A stretch of 64,000 bases of DNA, taken from assembly GCA_010015585.1 (NCBI GenBank), contig ML975153.1. One strand, given 5' to 3'. The DNA is from Eremomyces bilateralis CBS 781.70. Taxonomy: Eukaryota. The notes under the pieces were generated by a model, which was given only the letters and a program-made list of their open reading frames with translations, did no database searches and was not told where the DNA came from. The position numbers and the translations under genes are program-made. This document shows positions 23,223 through 34,002 of this stretch, in pieces; position 1 is the stretch's first letter, and each line of letters opens with the position of its first letter.

Positions 23223-24722
23223 ATGACTGAGGACCAGTGTACCGCGGTCAGCAAGGACGGCGGAGAGCCCGGTACTCCATCGTTCGACAACCTCTCTGGC
23301 TCCGCGGCACAGACAGTCTCAGAATTCCTCGAGTCCCAGGAGCCGCAGCCTGTGGAACGGGTGCTAGTGGATAGGCTAGCATGCCAGCTCCCCATCCCCA
23401 AGTTCGAGAACCCGGGGCTATCCCACCTGGCCCGGGTCGCCCAGGGGCAGGCGGGGGAGATTCTCAAGGAGGAGTATCTCCACAAGTTCAAGTACATCAA
23501 GAACTCCGAGATGGCGATGGCGGAGCTCGGGAAGCTTAGGTGGAAGCCCAAGCAGGGGCAGAATGTACCTCTAGACGAGTCCGCGATCTTGCCCTACGTG
23601 GACATCATCCTCCGGGCGCTCCGGGTCCACTTCTCGTCCAGGGACCCCCGATACATCGAGCATCTGGTCGAAACCACGGCATGGCTCGTTGTGATCTATG
23701 CCAGAAGCCTCCATCTGGAGGGATCTCGAGTTCCGCCGCTCAGCGACAAGTCGATCAACACCTTCGAAGACAAGCACCTGGACTTCGATACCAGAGTCCT
23801 AAAAGTCGAAGATCTCCTTGTTCGCTATCGAGGCTGTGCAGAGTGGGTGATGACGTGGGTCTCCATCCCAACCATTGTCAACGGGCCGTACGCATGGGAG
23901 AACTACATGCTCGAAAAGAAGACGACCACGGTGGAGAAGGATGGAACGTCCGAAGATCTGAAGGATGCCGTGCGACGACTCCAGATCGAAAACCAAGAGC
24001 TCCGAGCTTCACTTGCAGTGGTTTCACAGAACCGCGACCCAACCACCGAATTCCAAGAGTTGAAGGCTTTCATCAAGCGCGTCGACGAACGTACACGAGA
24101 TACAATCAGCCAAGCCAACATGGCCTCTGCGACCATGAAGGCATTGTTCACAAAGGAGGGTAAAGATATTGCGACAGCGTTGAACATCGCTAAGCAGGAG
24201 ACACGCCCCCATATCAATGAAGAGCCACAAGCCAAAGGCAAAGGGAAAGATAAAGTGGGGGTAGTCCCAAGCGTCATCGTCGCCGAAACAGGTTTTTCAA
24301 GCATCCTGGCAGATCCTGGGTCCACTGTCATTGAAGCTGAGAGCGTTGCTACCGAAATGGCTCCCAGCGAAGTTGTTCCAGCCGAAGTCCTTCAAACCGA
24401 GATCCCTCAGATCATCCTCTCTCGACCCAATCTTCTTGTCCCTGAAATCGACCCCACCCAGCTCAGGACAGCCGATTTCGAGCCTTCTGATGACGATTCC
24501 GTCGATAGTTCCCCTGAAATTGCGAGCCAAGATGGCTCTGATGCTGGTTCTCAAGCTCCTAACGACGCCGCTACTAAAATTGCCACCGATGCTGGTGCTC
24601 GGACGGTCACTGAAGACGCATTCGACAATCATGGCCAGGCGTTCACTCAAGCTGCCTCCGGTTCTGATACTCGATCAACTGCTGAAGCTGCCACCGAGGC
24701 TGCCATCGAAACTCACGCCTAA
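23223..24722 (+). CDS. Hypothetical protein with a central coiled coil and an acidic, low-complexity C-terminus
   Basis: Long ORF with coding-like codon bias. An upstream intron (GTAAGT...CTGAC...CAG, ~23140-23206) suggests the ATG at 23223. No family recognised. Confidence 0.6.
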   Translation: MTEDQCTAVSKDGGEPGTPSFDNLSGSAAQTVSEFLESQEPQPVERVLVDRLACQLPIPKFENPGLSHLARVAQGQAGEILKEEYLHKFKYIKNSEMAMAELGKLRWKPKQGQNVPLDESAILPYVDIILRALRVHFSSRDPRYIEHLVETTAWLVVIYARSLHLEGSRVPPLSDKSINTFEDKHLDFDTRVLKVEDLLVRYRGCAEWVMTWVSIPTIVNGPYAWENYMLEKKTTTVEKDGTSEDLKDAVRRLQIENQELRASLAVVSQNRDPTTEFQELKAFIKRVDERTRDTISQANMASATMKALFTKEGKDIATALNIAKQETRPHINEEPQAKGKGKDKVGVVPSVIVAETGFSSILADPGSTVIEAESVATEMAPSEVVPAEVLQTEIPQIILSRPNLLVPEIDPTQLRTADFEPSDDDSVDSSPEIASQDGSDAGSQAPNDAATKIATDAGARTVTEDAFDNHGQAFTQAASGSDTRSTAEAATEAAIETHA

Positions 24723-25962
24723 CACGCCGCCCACTGTGCTATCCATGACCGCCCCGAGTACATTTCAAACCAGCAGGCAACTTTGGTCCCTCGCTCCGTT
24801 TCTGTCTCCTCTACCGATACCGGACTCACGCTCAGCAACGGCCTTTCGGATGAAGTTCCTCAGGATGAATAGTCCCACCCCCGATTCAACGACATGTTAC
24901 GAGATACCTATTCCACCGCAACATCAACTAAATACATACGAAATCAAGACGTAATATAGAATTATGATATCGGGAGATGAGCTATGAATTGGTGCAAGAA
25001 ATTTGGCCGCAATAGGCATGAGCACAAGAATGGTTCTCATGCGTTGGAGAATGGGTGCTTGATCAAGCGGCGCTAGATAATGGCGTTCACGGATGTTTGA
25101 CCGATGTTGATGGAAGAGCTTTAGCTGCTTCGTGTATAAGTACGATGCGAGTACCTGGTGATTGTAAGATAGTTTGAGGTTGGAAGCAATCCGAAGGTGG
25201 AAAAATATTACGTCTCGGGCCACTATTTGAGACAAGAGCCCCTAACATGGAGGGTCTTGAACGTTGGCGATTTCAAACTGGACGGCTTGCCGGAAAAGGG
25301 CTTCACCAGACAGATGCACGTTCAATGCGATAAGAGGAAGAACGCCCTCACCCACACGAAATACGTGGATAATGGTTCACTTCACGTGGAATGAGAAAGC
25401 CGATCTCCCGATTTTTCCCTTTTGAATGTGATGATATGATGACTTGTCGGTTCTATTCTTCCCAAATTCTTCCTGGAACCATTTCTGTTGATGGTTCTTG
25501 ATATCAACATATGTAAAAGTTTGGTGTTGATAGGGGCTTGCGCACCCGGTGGCTTTCGTCCGCTCAAACATTTGGCCTCACCTACTATGTTACACCAGCA
25601 GGCTGGGAGCACCTTGCCTGCACCAGCACGCATATTCAGGCACCAAGGCTTCAATATTTTGTGAACTGAGTTTAAGATGACCAACCTCCTCGTGTTTGTC
25701 GGATTTGATACTCCGTACTGTACACATACTAATTATCCTAACTATTCCATTTGCCGTTCATATCCGGGATCATTCATTGAAATACTTTTTGCTTTTGTTT
25801 CGGGGCCCATAGTGTTCCTTTCTCTATGATCGCACACCATACCTTGTGGCTACGGTAGTAATCATTTGCTGCATCACGCGACAGGCTCAAGGGGTCGATA
25901 TGACGGACGAAAACTTGGACACAGTCGAATGACTCTATTGAGGGCCCCTTAGACTCGCGATC

Positions 25963-28900
25963 ATGGCGACGCCTCAGACTTCGCGTATCCAGAAGATATG
26001 TACGCTATGGACTCACCAAGAGGGCTTTTCGAAGGAGGATGTCGTGTTCAATGCAGACCGATTTCAAGAGCTTGGACTTCTCCCCGAATCAATGGCGCAG
26101 ATAATTCCTATCAAGCAAGGCGGTGCTGTTATGGGTTTCCAAAATGAAACCTTTGGTTCATTAAAAGACGATGCGGGTAGGACCTCTGGGCAAACGAACA
26201 ACTTGCAGAAGAAGCACGATAGCTCCGAATCCCGTCCTATCACCCTCGATGAAAATGGGGTGCAGATACCTGGTGGAAAGGCTGTAGATGCTGAGAAAGC
26301 CTTTATTTTCATAACGAAAGATGCAACACCGGACTTGAAGACCAAACACCCGGGCCTCCACATCTCAGTTGCCGAAGGCGTCGCAGCATCATTTGGCTTG
26401 AAAAACCGAATGCAAGTCGTGGTGTCAGCTGCCTGCTCTGAGATTCACGCTGCGTCGCATGTCGAGTTGACTTTCCGAGACCAGTATCTGTCTCGAGCAG
26501 ATATGTGGCAAATGGCCATCTCCGAGCTGAGCGGACACGCTATCTATCGGGACCAACGGATCTTATTCTTAGGCGCCATCAAAGCGACGGTGAAGAACGT
26601 GTATATAGATGGCCAGAAGCGCAAGTCGGCATACTTTTCCCCAAGGACGAAAGCGATTTTCCGAAGCGAGTCGGCTCGGTACATCTTGTTCATCCAGATG
26701 TCCCGGGAGATGTGGGATTTTGACTCCGAGGGATCTGGAGAGATCATGTTCAATAAGGTCATCAACGGCTTCTTGCCCGAGCTATTCAAGCATTGGATGT
26801 CGATGAACTCACACCATCTCGTCAGCATCATCCTGTTTACCAGGCTGGAATACGACGATGGTGTGGAGACTACGGATGAGCAACCACAACGGGTGAAGGA
26901 CTTCTACCGTGTCGTCGTCAGCGATATGGCAAGTGCAGACTGGGTGAACATTCTTTACCAACTCAAGAGGGAATTCAAAACGTTCTTGAGGGACGTATCT
27001 ATAACACCACAGGATCCAAGAGGCAATTCACCCGAAGGCCAGAGTATCCTAGCCGACGGCATTACAGCTCCTAGCTATACCGTTGCAGGTACACCGACCA
27101 TGGCTGTGCGAGGCAATGTTTTAGAGGCGATCAATCTTGCTTCATCCCAGTTTTCGAAGGACTACATAGATCGAGACCTCATCCGAACAGGGATCTCAGT
27201 TGTGGTCATATCTGCAGGAACTGGCGTTTTCGAAGTGGACTATCCCTTGCTGAAGCTCACAACCGATACCTTGATTGGTAGTGGGATTGGGATTGATCTG
27301 GTCTGCCTTTCCCCGATGCCGTTGCATTCGGTACCCTTATTCAAGTACCGGAATCCCCGGGTTCGGGAGGACGTGAAGAGAAACTCGCAATCTCCCTTCC
27401 CGAAACCGACGCCTCCCAACGAACCTATTTTACAAGGTCTGACTCCTGTTGACAAATCTGTACTTTCCCAAAGCTACAGTTCTGAACAACAGATGGTCAA
27501 TGATGCGGCAGTTGTCAGGAAGTTGCAAACTTTGAACGAACCAGTTCCTGGTGAATGGAGCTATGCCATGCCTCACTGGGTCGACATCTCATTTTGGACA
27601 AGGCCGTCCGATGAAGAAGCACTATCGTTGGGCCTAAGCGATCTAACTTCGTCAAAATCCCGTTCCCGAACGTCGAAGGAACGAACTTTCCAGGTGAGAT
27701 GCCGCATGTACGAGCTACAAATGATGGGAGTCATGGAGAATGAGATGAGTAACATCTCTATTCCGTTGCTGCGCGAGCATCCCTTGCATCCCTCGCATCG
27801 CATCATTGACCCTTCGAAAAGACGCCATTCGGAACACGGACTTGTTGATCGCACCGCCACAATGGCCTTCATGGACAAGCACGATGAGGCCGTGTTTCAT
27901 CCGATACCTTTAAAGCATCGAGAAAGGTCTCCCAAAGCGCAATCACAAAAGGCTGGGAGTGGTATGCCAGAGTCCAACTCGACCTACGGAACAGAAGACA
28001 AATCAGATCCAAAGAATCAGCATGCTATCGAGCCTACAAGGGCCCCTGCTGACTACCTCGAGTGGAACTTGAAGAAGAGACCTTCAGGTGCCACAACCTT
28101 CCCCCGCCGTAAACAGAGCGCCACAAGCCTGTTCTCCAATGCAGATTCCACTTCAAGTCGACCTCCAGCGACTAGAAAGATAAGCTTCTTCGGTCCCAAT
28201 GCGGAGGTCCAAAAAGCGTCAGCCGTCACCGAAGTATCCACCCCTGACTGGGAAATACACAAAAAGAATGCTGGACGGGGGATGCCATCCAACAATACGC
28301 GTCCTTCCAATACCATGTCATTCACACGGCAAATTCTAGCTACGCTCACTCGCTCAAATTCAAGCTTGTCTTCACAGCCACAGCCCCCAGGCGGAGGAAC
28401 ACCAGGCTCGCACTCCAAGAGTTCTTCCGGCGACCCGTCCCGCCCATCGAAACCAATTGACATCAGCAGCTTGCCGATACCAGATCAGAGCAAAGGGTCA
28501 ACACCTGTAGAGGACACTGGATCAGCAGAGACGATAAAAGCTACACAAAGTTCGATTAAACTTGGCTCCACTCCGGATAATTCGAAGCCACAAGAGACGG
28601 GTGCCATCTTGTCCGTAGCATCGCGCAACCGCCGATTCGATCCAAGACACGAGGGTCCCCCAGGTAGCATCGTCAACCCAATACCGAAGGTCCTTTCCCC
28701 TGCGAGCGCGCTCTCGCCGTGGTTAGTGCTCGTCAACCCGTGCAACCCGAAGAACAATGACATTACGTTAGCCGGGCACTTTCGCCGGTGGCAGCACGTC
28801 TTTCCAAAACCGTTGCCTGCCTCCCAAATCAAATGGAAATCGCTTTGCTCTCCAGCAGCTGTTCCGCTGACGAATGACTTCTTCCCTTCCGCTGAGCAGT

Positions 28901-31311
28901 TAAAGGTGGAATACCACGAGTCCCTCTACAGGATCGCACCGAATGTTGACTTCGAGCCAGAACCTGGGAAAACGAGAGAGTCACTAGTAAGAGAATTGAT
29001 TGGTTGCCGGTTGTCCCATGGATTCCAACTTATTATCGGCCCTGCGGTGGCAGAATTCCTCGGCACTCGAGAGCGGGATCTGGTGAATATTTTCAGCAAG
29101 GAGTACATGTCCAGAGATGGAGCGACCGTCTTCATGGCTGTAGGTAGTGCAATCCATCAACTTGTCTGTGTCGCGGGAGGGGAGGTTGAAGTACGGAGAT
29201 TCAATAGAAAACCCGCGGCAGAAGTGGATGGTGGTCAGAAACAGTTCATCTATGAATCCTATATTCGAACAGCGTTCGCCGAGGAGTATGAACCGCGCAC
29301 GGCCATCTTTTCGCACCCGAGGGCGGAGTACAATTGGAACTACATTGACAGCTTCTTGGCCGGATACCACGACGAATTCACGGATGTGTTACGGTTTTGG
29401 CGCGCACGTTATGTCCTCATACCGGTTGAGCTACCCAAGAATCGTCTAATCCCAGAGTTATCTGAGGAGGAAATTCGGATTGAGGGCATCCAGAAATTGA
29501 CCCGGCTTTGGGAAAAGCAGCGGTTCATCCCCCCAGAGGAGCGCCACTACCAAGCGCGGGCAAAGAAGAGCTATATTGAGGCCAATCCACTTCAGATTGA
29601 GTATCAGACGCGTGATCCATCGGCTGTCGTCGCATCTGGCCTTGAGAGCACTATTCTGGCTGAGGGCGAGGGGGCATTTCAAACCCAGCTGTTTTCGGAC
29701 GACGAGCTATACTCAACCAGAAATATCGACATTCAGAAACTCGCGATGGACCTTCAAGGTGATGGAGGCATCAGGATGATGGACAGAAGATGGCATTTGC
29801 GACTGCATTACAACTGCTTTATCGGATTTGACTTGACGACATGGATCCTACACAATTTCTCCGATATCAAAGTTCGACAAGATGCGGAAAACCTTGGCAA
29901 CGAACTCATGGACCAGGGGTTGTTCCAACACGTACAGCGGAAACATCGATTCCGAGACGGAAACTTCTTCTATCAGATTGCAGACAAGTACAGACTGCCT
30001 CGTGATAGGAGTTGGTTCAGTTCCCGGCGTGCTGGACCTTCAATCCCTTCCACACCGATGACCGACACCCCGAAACCCCGGCCTCAGTCCGTAGACCGTA
30101 GTCGGTCGCGAACCCTGTCGAACTCATCATCAGATTCAGGAGCTAAGACGCCTACCAAATCAACCCGACGAGTGAAGTTGAGCAAAGTCATGCGATATGA
30201 TGTCGACCGACACAAGCGATCCAACCGACCGGAGATTATCAACTTGCACTACGACCGTCTCCACAATCCGGAGAACTGCTATCATATCCGGATCGATTGG
30301 ATGAATGTGACAGCGAAGCTCATCGACGAATCGCTACATTACTGGGCAACAACCGCTGAGCGCCACGGCCTGAAGCTTGTTGAAGTGCCGATTGCCGAAG
30401 CCTGTCGACTCATAGATGTCCACCCCTTCCGCGCTCCATTTCTTATCAAGCTCGCAGTACAACCTAGTCCTTCCAAATCTAAACCACACCAATACTTCGA
30501 CGCTAGTTCTTTCTCTCCTCTTGTACCGACAGATCTCTTCTATTTGCACAAGGCGCTACTCAAACATTTCAATTTCGTGCTGGACATGGAATCAGCTTCT
30601 TCGTTTCCTCCCGACCTCCGAGTAGAGTTCTCCTGGGGCAACCCCGACTACCAATACCCACAATATCTGCATCGGTCCGGCGTCATATTCGCACAGATTA
30701 ACGACGACGGAGAGTTTCTCCTGGTCGCCAACCGGCTGGTTCACAACCGCGGCACAACCACCGAGCGGAGCAAATTCGACAAACCCGATCCACCTCACTC
30801 ATCCGTTCCTCAACCACGAATGACTAGCAGCACTGGCGGGCTTCGCAATACATCGCCTACCGCATCGCCTGTTGTACGCCCTGCATCAGTCGCCGAAGGG
30901 AGCATCACAACGCCCAGCCGCGCTTCCATCGCACCTTTTAGCTTCGTCGCGGCATCGCCGCTGGCCCCTTCCACCAATCTCGCATATGGCCCTGCAAGAA
31001 CTGGAACACCCACCGCGGAAACTATCGCGCGGGAGCTAGGCACATTTTGTGCCGATGCCGTCGCCCTTCGGAAGTTCTTCGACGAGGAGGCGGCGCGTTT
31101 GTCGGAGTCGCGGAATTTGGGGATTGGCAGTCCGAGACCGACTCCAAATCTCGGTCCAACGGGCCTTGTACCTGGATCCACGGATCTCAATATTCCGACT
31201 CTTGGGCTGCCGGAGAGCATCACGAGAGGTGGGATGGGTACGCCGGAGCCGGCTGCGGGGAGTGGGCGCAGTAGCCGAGTGAGTGGTAGGGAAAGCGCGG
31301 GAAGTGGGTAA
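25963..31311 (+). CDS. IML1: Iml1/Sea1/DEPDC5, SEACIT/GATOR1 subunit
   Basis: 1782 aa. FRDQYLSRADMW, FRSESARYILFIQMSREMWDF, GNVLEAINLA, WKSLCSPAAVPLT and a DEP domain (DRRWHLRLHYNCFIG). Confidence 0.95.
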   Translation: MATPQTSRIQKICTLWTHQEGFSKEDVVFNADRFQELGLLPESMAQIIPIKQGGAVMGFQNETFGSLKDDAGRTSGQTNNLQKKHDSSESRPITLDENGVQIPGGKAVDAEKAFIFITKDATPDLKTKHPGLHISVAEGVAASFGLKNRMQVVVSAACSEIHAASHVELTFRDQYLSRADMWQMAISELSGHAIYRDQRILFLGAIKATVKNVYIDGQKRKSAYFSPRTKAIFRSESARYILFIQMSREMWDFDSEGSGEIMFNKVINGFLPELFKHWMSMNSHHLVSIILFTRLEYDDGVETTDEQPQRVKDFYRVVVSDMASADWVNILYQLKREFKTFLRDVSITPQDPRGNSPEGQSILADGITAPSYTVAGTPTMAVRGNVLEAINLASSQFSKDYIDRDLIRTGISVVVISAGTGVFEVDYPLLKLTTDTLIGSGIGIDLVCLSPMPLHSVPLFKYRNPRVREDVKRNSQSPFPKPTPPNEPILQGLTPVDKSVLSQSYSSEQQMVNDAAVVRKLQTLNEPVPGEWSYAMPHWVDISFWTRPSDEEALSLGLSDLTSSKSRSRTSKERTFQVRCRMYELQMMGVMENEMSNISIPLLREHPLHPSHRIIDPSKRRHSEHGLVDRTATMAFMDKHDEAVFHPIPLKHRERSPKAQSQKAGSGMPESNSTYGTEDKSDPKNQHAIEPTRAPADYLEWNLKKRPSGATTFPRRKQSATSLFSNADSTSSRPPATRKISFFGPNAEVQKASAVTEVSTPDWEIHKKNAGRGMPSNNTRPSNTMSFTRQILATLTRSNSSLSSQPQPPGGGTPGSHSKSSSGDPSRPSKPIDISSLPIPDQSKGSTPVEDTGSAETIKATQSSIKLGSTPDNSKPQETGAILSVASRNRRFDPRHEGPPGSIVNPIPKVLSPASALSPWLVLVNPCNPKNNDITLAGHFRRWQHVFPKPLPASQIKWKSLCSPAAVPLTNDFFPSAEQLKVEYHESLYRIAPNVDFEPEPGKTRESLVRELIGCRLSHGFQLIIGPAVAEFLGTRERDLVNIFSKEYMSRDGATVFMAVGSAIHQLVCVAGGEVEVRRFNRKPAAEVDGGQKQFIYESYIRTAFAEEYEPRTAIFSHPRAEYNWNYIDSFLAGYHDEFTDVLRFWRARYVLIPVELPKNRLIPELSEEEIRIEGIQKLTRLWEKQRFIPPEERHYQARAKKSYIEANPLQIEYQTRDPSAVVASGLESTILAEGEGAFQTQLFSDDELYSTRNIDIQKLAMDLQGDGGIRMMDRRWHLRLHYNCFIGFDLTTWILHNFSDIKVRQDAENLGNELMDQGLFQHVQRKHRFRDGNFFYQIADKYRLPRDRSWFSSRRAGPSIPSTPMTDTPKPRPQSVDRSRSRTLSNSSSDSGAKTPTKSTRRVKLSKVMRYDVDRHKRSNRPEIINLHYDRLHNPENCYHIRIDWMNVTAKLIDESLHYWATTAERHGLKLVEVPIAEACRLIDVHPFRAPFLIKLAVQPSPSKSKPHQYFDASSFSPLVPTDLFYLHKALLKHFNFVLDMESASSFPPDLRVEFSWGNPDYQYPQYLHRSGVIFAQINDDGEFLLVANRLVHNRGTTTERSKFDKPDPPHSSVPQPRMTSSTGGLRNTSPTASPVVRPASVAEGSITTPSRASIAPFSFVAASPLAPSTNLAYGPARTGTPTAETIARELGTFCADAVALRKFFDEEAARLSESRNLGIGSPRPTPNLGPTGLVPGSTDLNIPTLGLPESITRGGMGTPEPAAGSGRSSRVSGRESAGSG

Positions 31312-31434
31312 ATCGCTACAGAGGGGGGGATTAAATGTACATATACGAGAAGGTGGGGCTGCAAGATTCGCGTATAGAACTGTTATCATTCTTTGCTGTG
31401 GTCCTGATTCTCAATGTGGCTGTTCGATGAAGTA

Positions 31435-31624
31435 TGTTATGCGTTGAAACCCTTGGTTGGCTAAGTCTTAGAGCCTAAGCCTGATTAGGCCAATGGTTGA
31501 ACCAGAGTCCAACCCTCTTCAATGTAAACAAGAAGGCTTCCCCTTCTTGTTCTCTTCTTTAGCTTAATCTAGAATACCTTTGGCTACGTGTATGTTGTGT
31601 GCATCCAGCTACCGTGCCGTAACA
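31435..31624. mobile_element. Probable solo LTR ~200 bp upstream of the tRNA gene
   Basis: TGTTATG...CGTAACA inverted termini and LTR-like size. The TSD is only partial (AGTA/AGTG). Confidence 0.45.
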
Positions 31625-31822
31625 AGTGGGGATGTTTTTTTCGGGGAGATATACTAGCGCCCGTCATTTAATAGTAAATAAAGCTTTTAGTTACAGTGTT
31701 CTTATAATAAAATGCTTTATCAAAGGGTTTTTGCATTAAATATGGTAAAATATCTATATTCCATTACAAGGCTCCAAAATAAAAATATCAATTAAACCAT
31801 GAAAATAATTAGAGTTTCCATT

Positions 31823-31923
31823 GCGAGGATGGTGTAGTGGTTATCATTTCTGTTTTACAGCCTCTGGATAATTTCCAGTTGAAGTCTCACAGACGGCCGC
31901 AGGTTCGAACCCTGCTCTTCGCA
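31823..31923 (+). tRNA. tRNA-Val(TAC) with a 28-nt intron (31860-31887)
   Basis: Acceptor stem GCGAGGA/TCTTCGC, D arm GTGTAGTGGTTATCAT, anticodon stem TCTGT/ACAGA with loop TT-TAC-A, and T arm GCAGG-TTCGAAC-CCTGC. A poly-T Pol III terminator follows. Confidence 0.93.
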
Positions 31924-32223
31924 TTGTTCTTTTTATTTTTTTGCCGTCAGTCACGATGAATAGACTTGATTGCGATGGCCCGTATAGCTACGGGAGTACA
32001 TTTTTTCACAATTTACCAGACGCACTGTGGGGATGGATGAAAGAAAATTTAGCTCTGAAGAAATACGAGAACAGGGTGAACATTGGCGGTCATATTTTCT
32101 GCCCGGCTTCCAGACTTCATTTGATTTCATGAATTTCTTGAGACGATTTGCCTAGTTTATCAAGGCGAACCACGTCAAACTCCACCCTGAGTTTAGCTTC
32201 AACACAAGGATCTCCTCTCGGAG

Positions 32224-33424
32224 TTAGAGGATCGCGTGAGCGCTACAGTAACTCACGCTACTATCCCTCACGTCCACGCAATCACTACTCCTCTCATACC
32301 TCACGAACTTAAACCTCCCACCTTCGTCAGCCTCGGAGCTCGGATTTGCGGTCCAGAGCTGCTCGATCGCCGCCATCATCACACCGATAGGATGCCTTCC
32401 ACAGACTGTATTTCCCGTCTCGTGTAGGACGGACAGGAATTCGTCATGCTCCCCTGACTCCACTGCGTCCATGCACATCTGGTCAACCAGCGCGATGCTC
32501 TCGTGGATTCTGGGGTTGGATGGTCGCTTGCCCGCTGAGCGGAGATTGTGAGCGGTGCCATCGGGAGTGCGGTAGTATGTGTATCGGAATCGCTGACCCC
32601 AGTGGCAGAAGTCTGAGGAGATGATGAACACGTTGGACGGGTCGGATAAGTAAGGTGCAAGCAACGCCCCGTACTGTTTCTCGGTCGCGGGTTCAGTAGA
32701 TCCGACGAGAATAGGGACTAGCTTTGGAAAGGCAGATGGGCTCGAAAATGCTCTAAATCGTTTGGCCGAGAGTTAGCACAGAATAGGGAACGAGATCGAG
32801 TTCAGAAGGACTGACCGGGAGCACATCTTGTAGATGTACGGTAGATGCATTTCCAAGCTATGCTCTGCTTCGTCGGTGTCAATAGACATCCTATCGAAAT
32901 GTCCGGACTTATCAAGCTCCGCAACCGTCGCTAGGTCGATCTGAAGGTCTCCAAGGGGGGTTTCATAGGCTCCGCATCGTGATAGCGCGCATCGCGAGAG
33001 GTAATAGTGATGCGAAGGACCAAGCAGAAAGATCCGCTTCCTGTTGCCGGTCAGTGGCGATCTCTCATGATATTGACATCGAAGATACTCACGCATTGGA
33101 GAGATCCAAAGCCTTATACGCCCATGCCGCTGCAGGTCCTGAATAGGCGTATCCAGCATGCCTGCAGAAGTCATGGTAAGCCCTCCATCCGCTCATTCTC
33201 TGGCAAACCAGCCGAGTTGCAGGGCCCTACGGTGCGATAATTGCTCTTGCTCCCGACGAAGGGATGGACACCGGAGCTCCTTTGGAAGACTCCGTCCCGA
33301 TCGGGGTGGTTGAGGCGGGCACAGCGTCGAGGAATCGGTCAAGTTGAGCGGACAGTCCTGGCCCGCTGCTGTCGTACCATGACCCCGCATGTGAAGCGAT
33401 CCTAGATGGCTTTGGGGGACTCAT
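32224..33424 (-). CDS. MEMO1 / Mho1 family protein
   Basis: Multi-exon. [53 protein letters not shown] and NTVCGRHPI. Confidence 0.93.
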
Positions 33425-34002
33425 CGTGCTAGAGGCATTCGGATGCGAGGATATGGTTGAGATTTTGTAGTAAAGGTGAACGCAGGACGAAAGTTTAGAA
33501 ACAAAGGACAATGGTGTAGTTACGGGATAGAGAAGTACTGGGGCAGCTTTAATCTCGAAGTGTGATATCACCAAGATCATGACCCCACCATCCCGAAATC
33601 GTGGGGGAGTCGGGGTAATCCCTGTGAGTTAGTTGACAGGTGGTGACGGATATGTAACCAGTTATCAAGGGTCAGCGCCACGGGTTATGGCGCGCCAAGG
33701 CCGCCTGATAACCCAGCCTCTCGCGCCAGCGACCGCAGCGCTGCCCCCTTGATATACCACTTATCTGAAGGCCTTCGCGGTGGCTGGGTTATTGGCGAAG
33801 ACATGGCGCAGCGTTAAGCCCTTTGCAGTAAAGCGTCGGTGGAAACGATCGCTATATACGGTATAGCTGTGACTTGGTGGCGCTTAGCTCAGGCATTTCT
33901 TCCCCCTCCCCTCCTTTCGCGATAGAACGAGCCATTCGCGATCATACAGATGAATAGTTTACTCGAATTATCCCCTACCTACCGCCATTAGACCGTGAAG
34001 AA

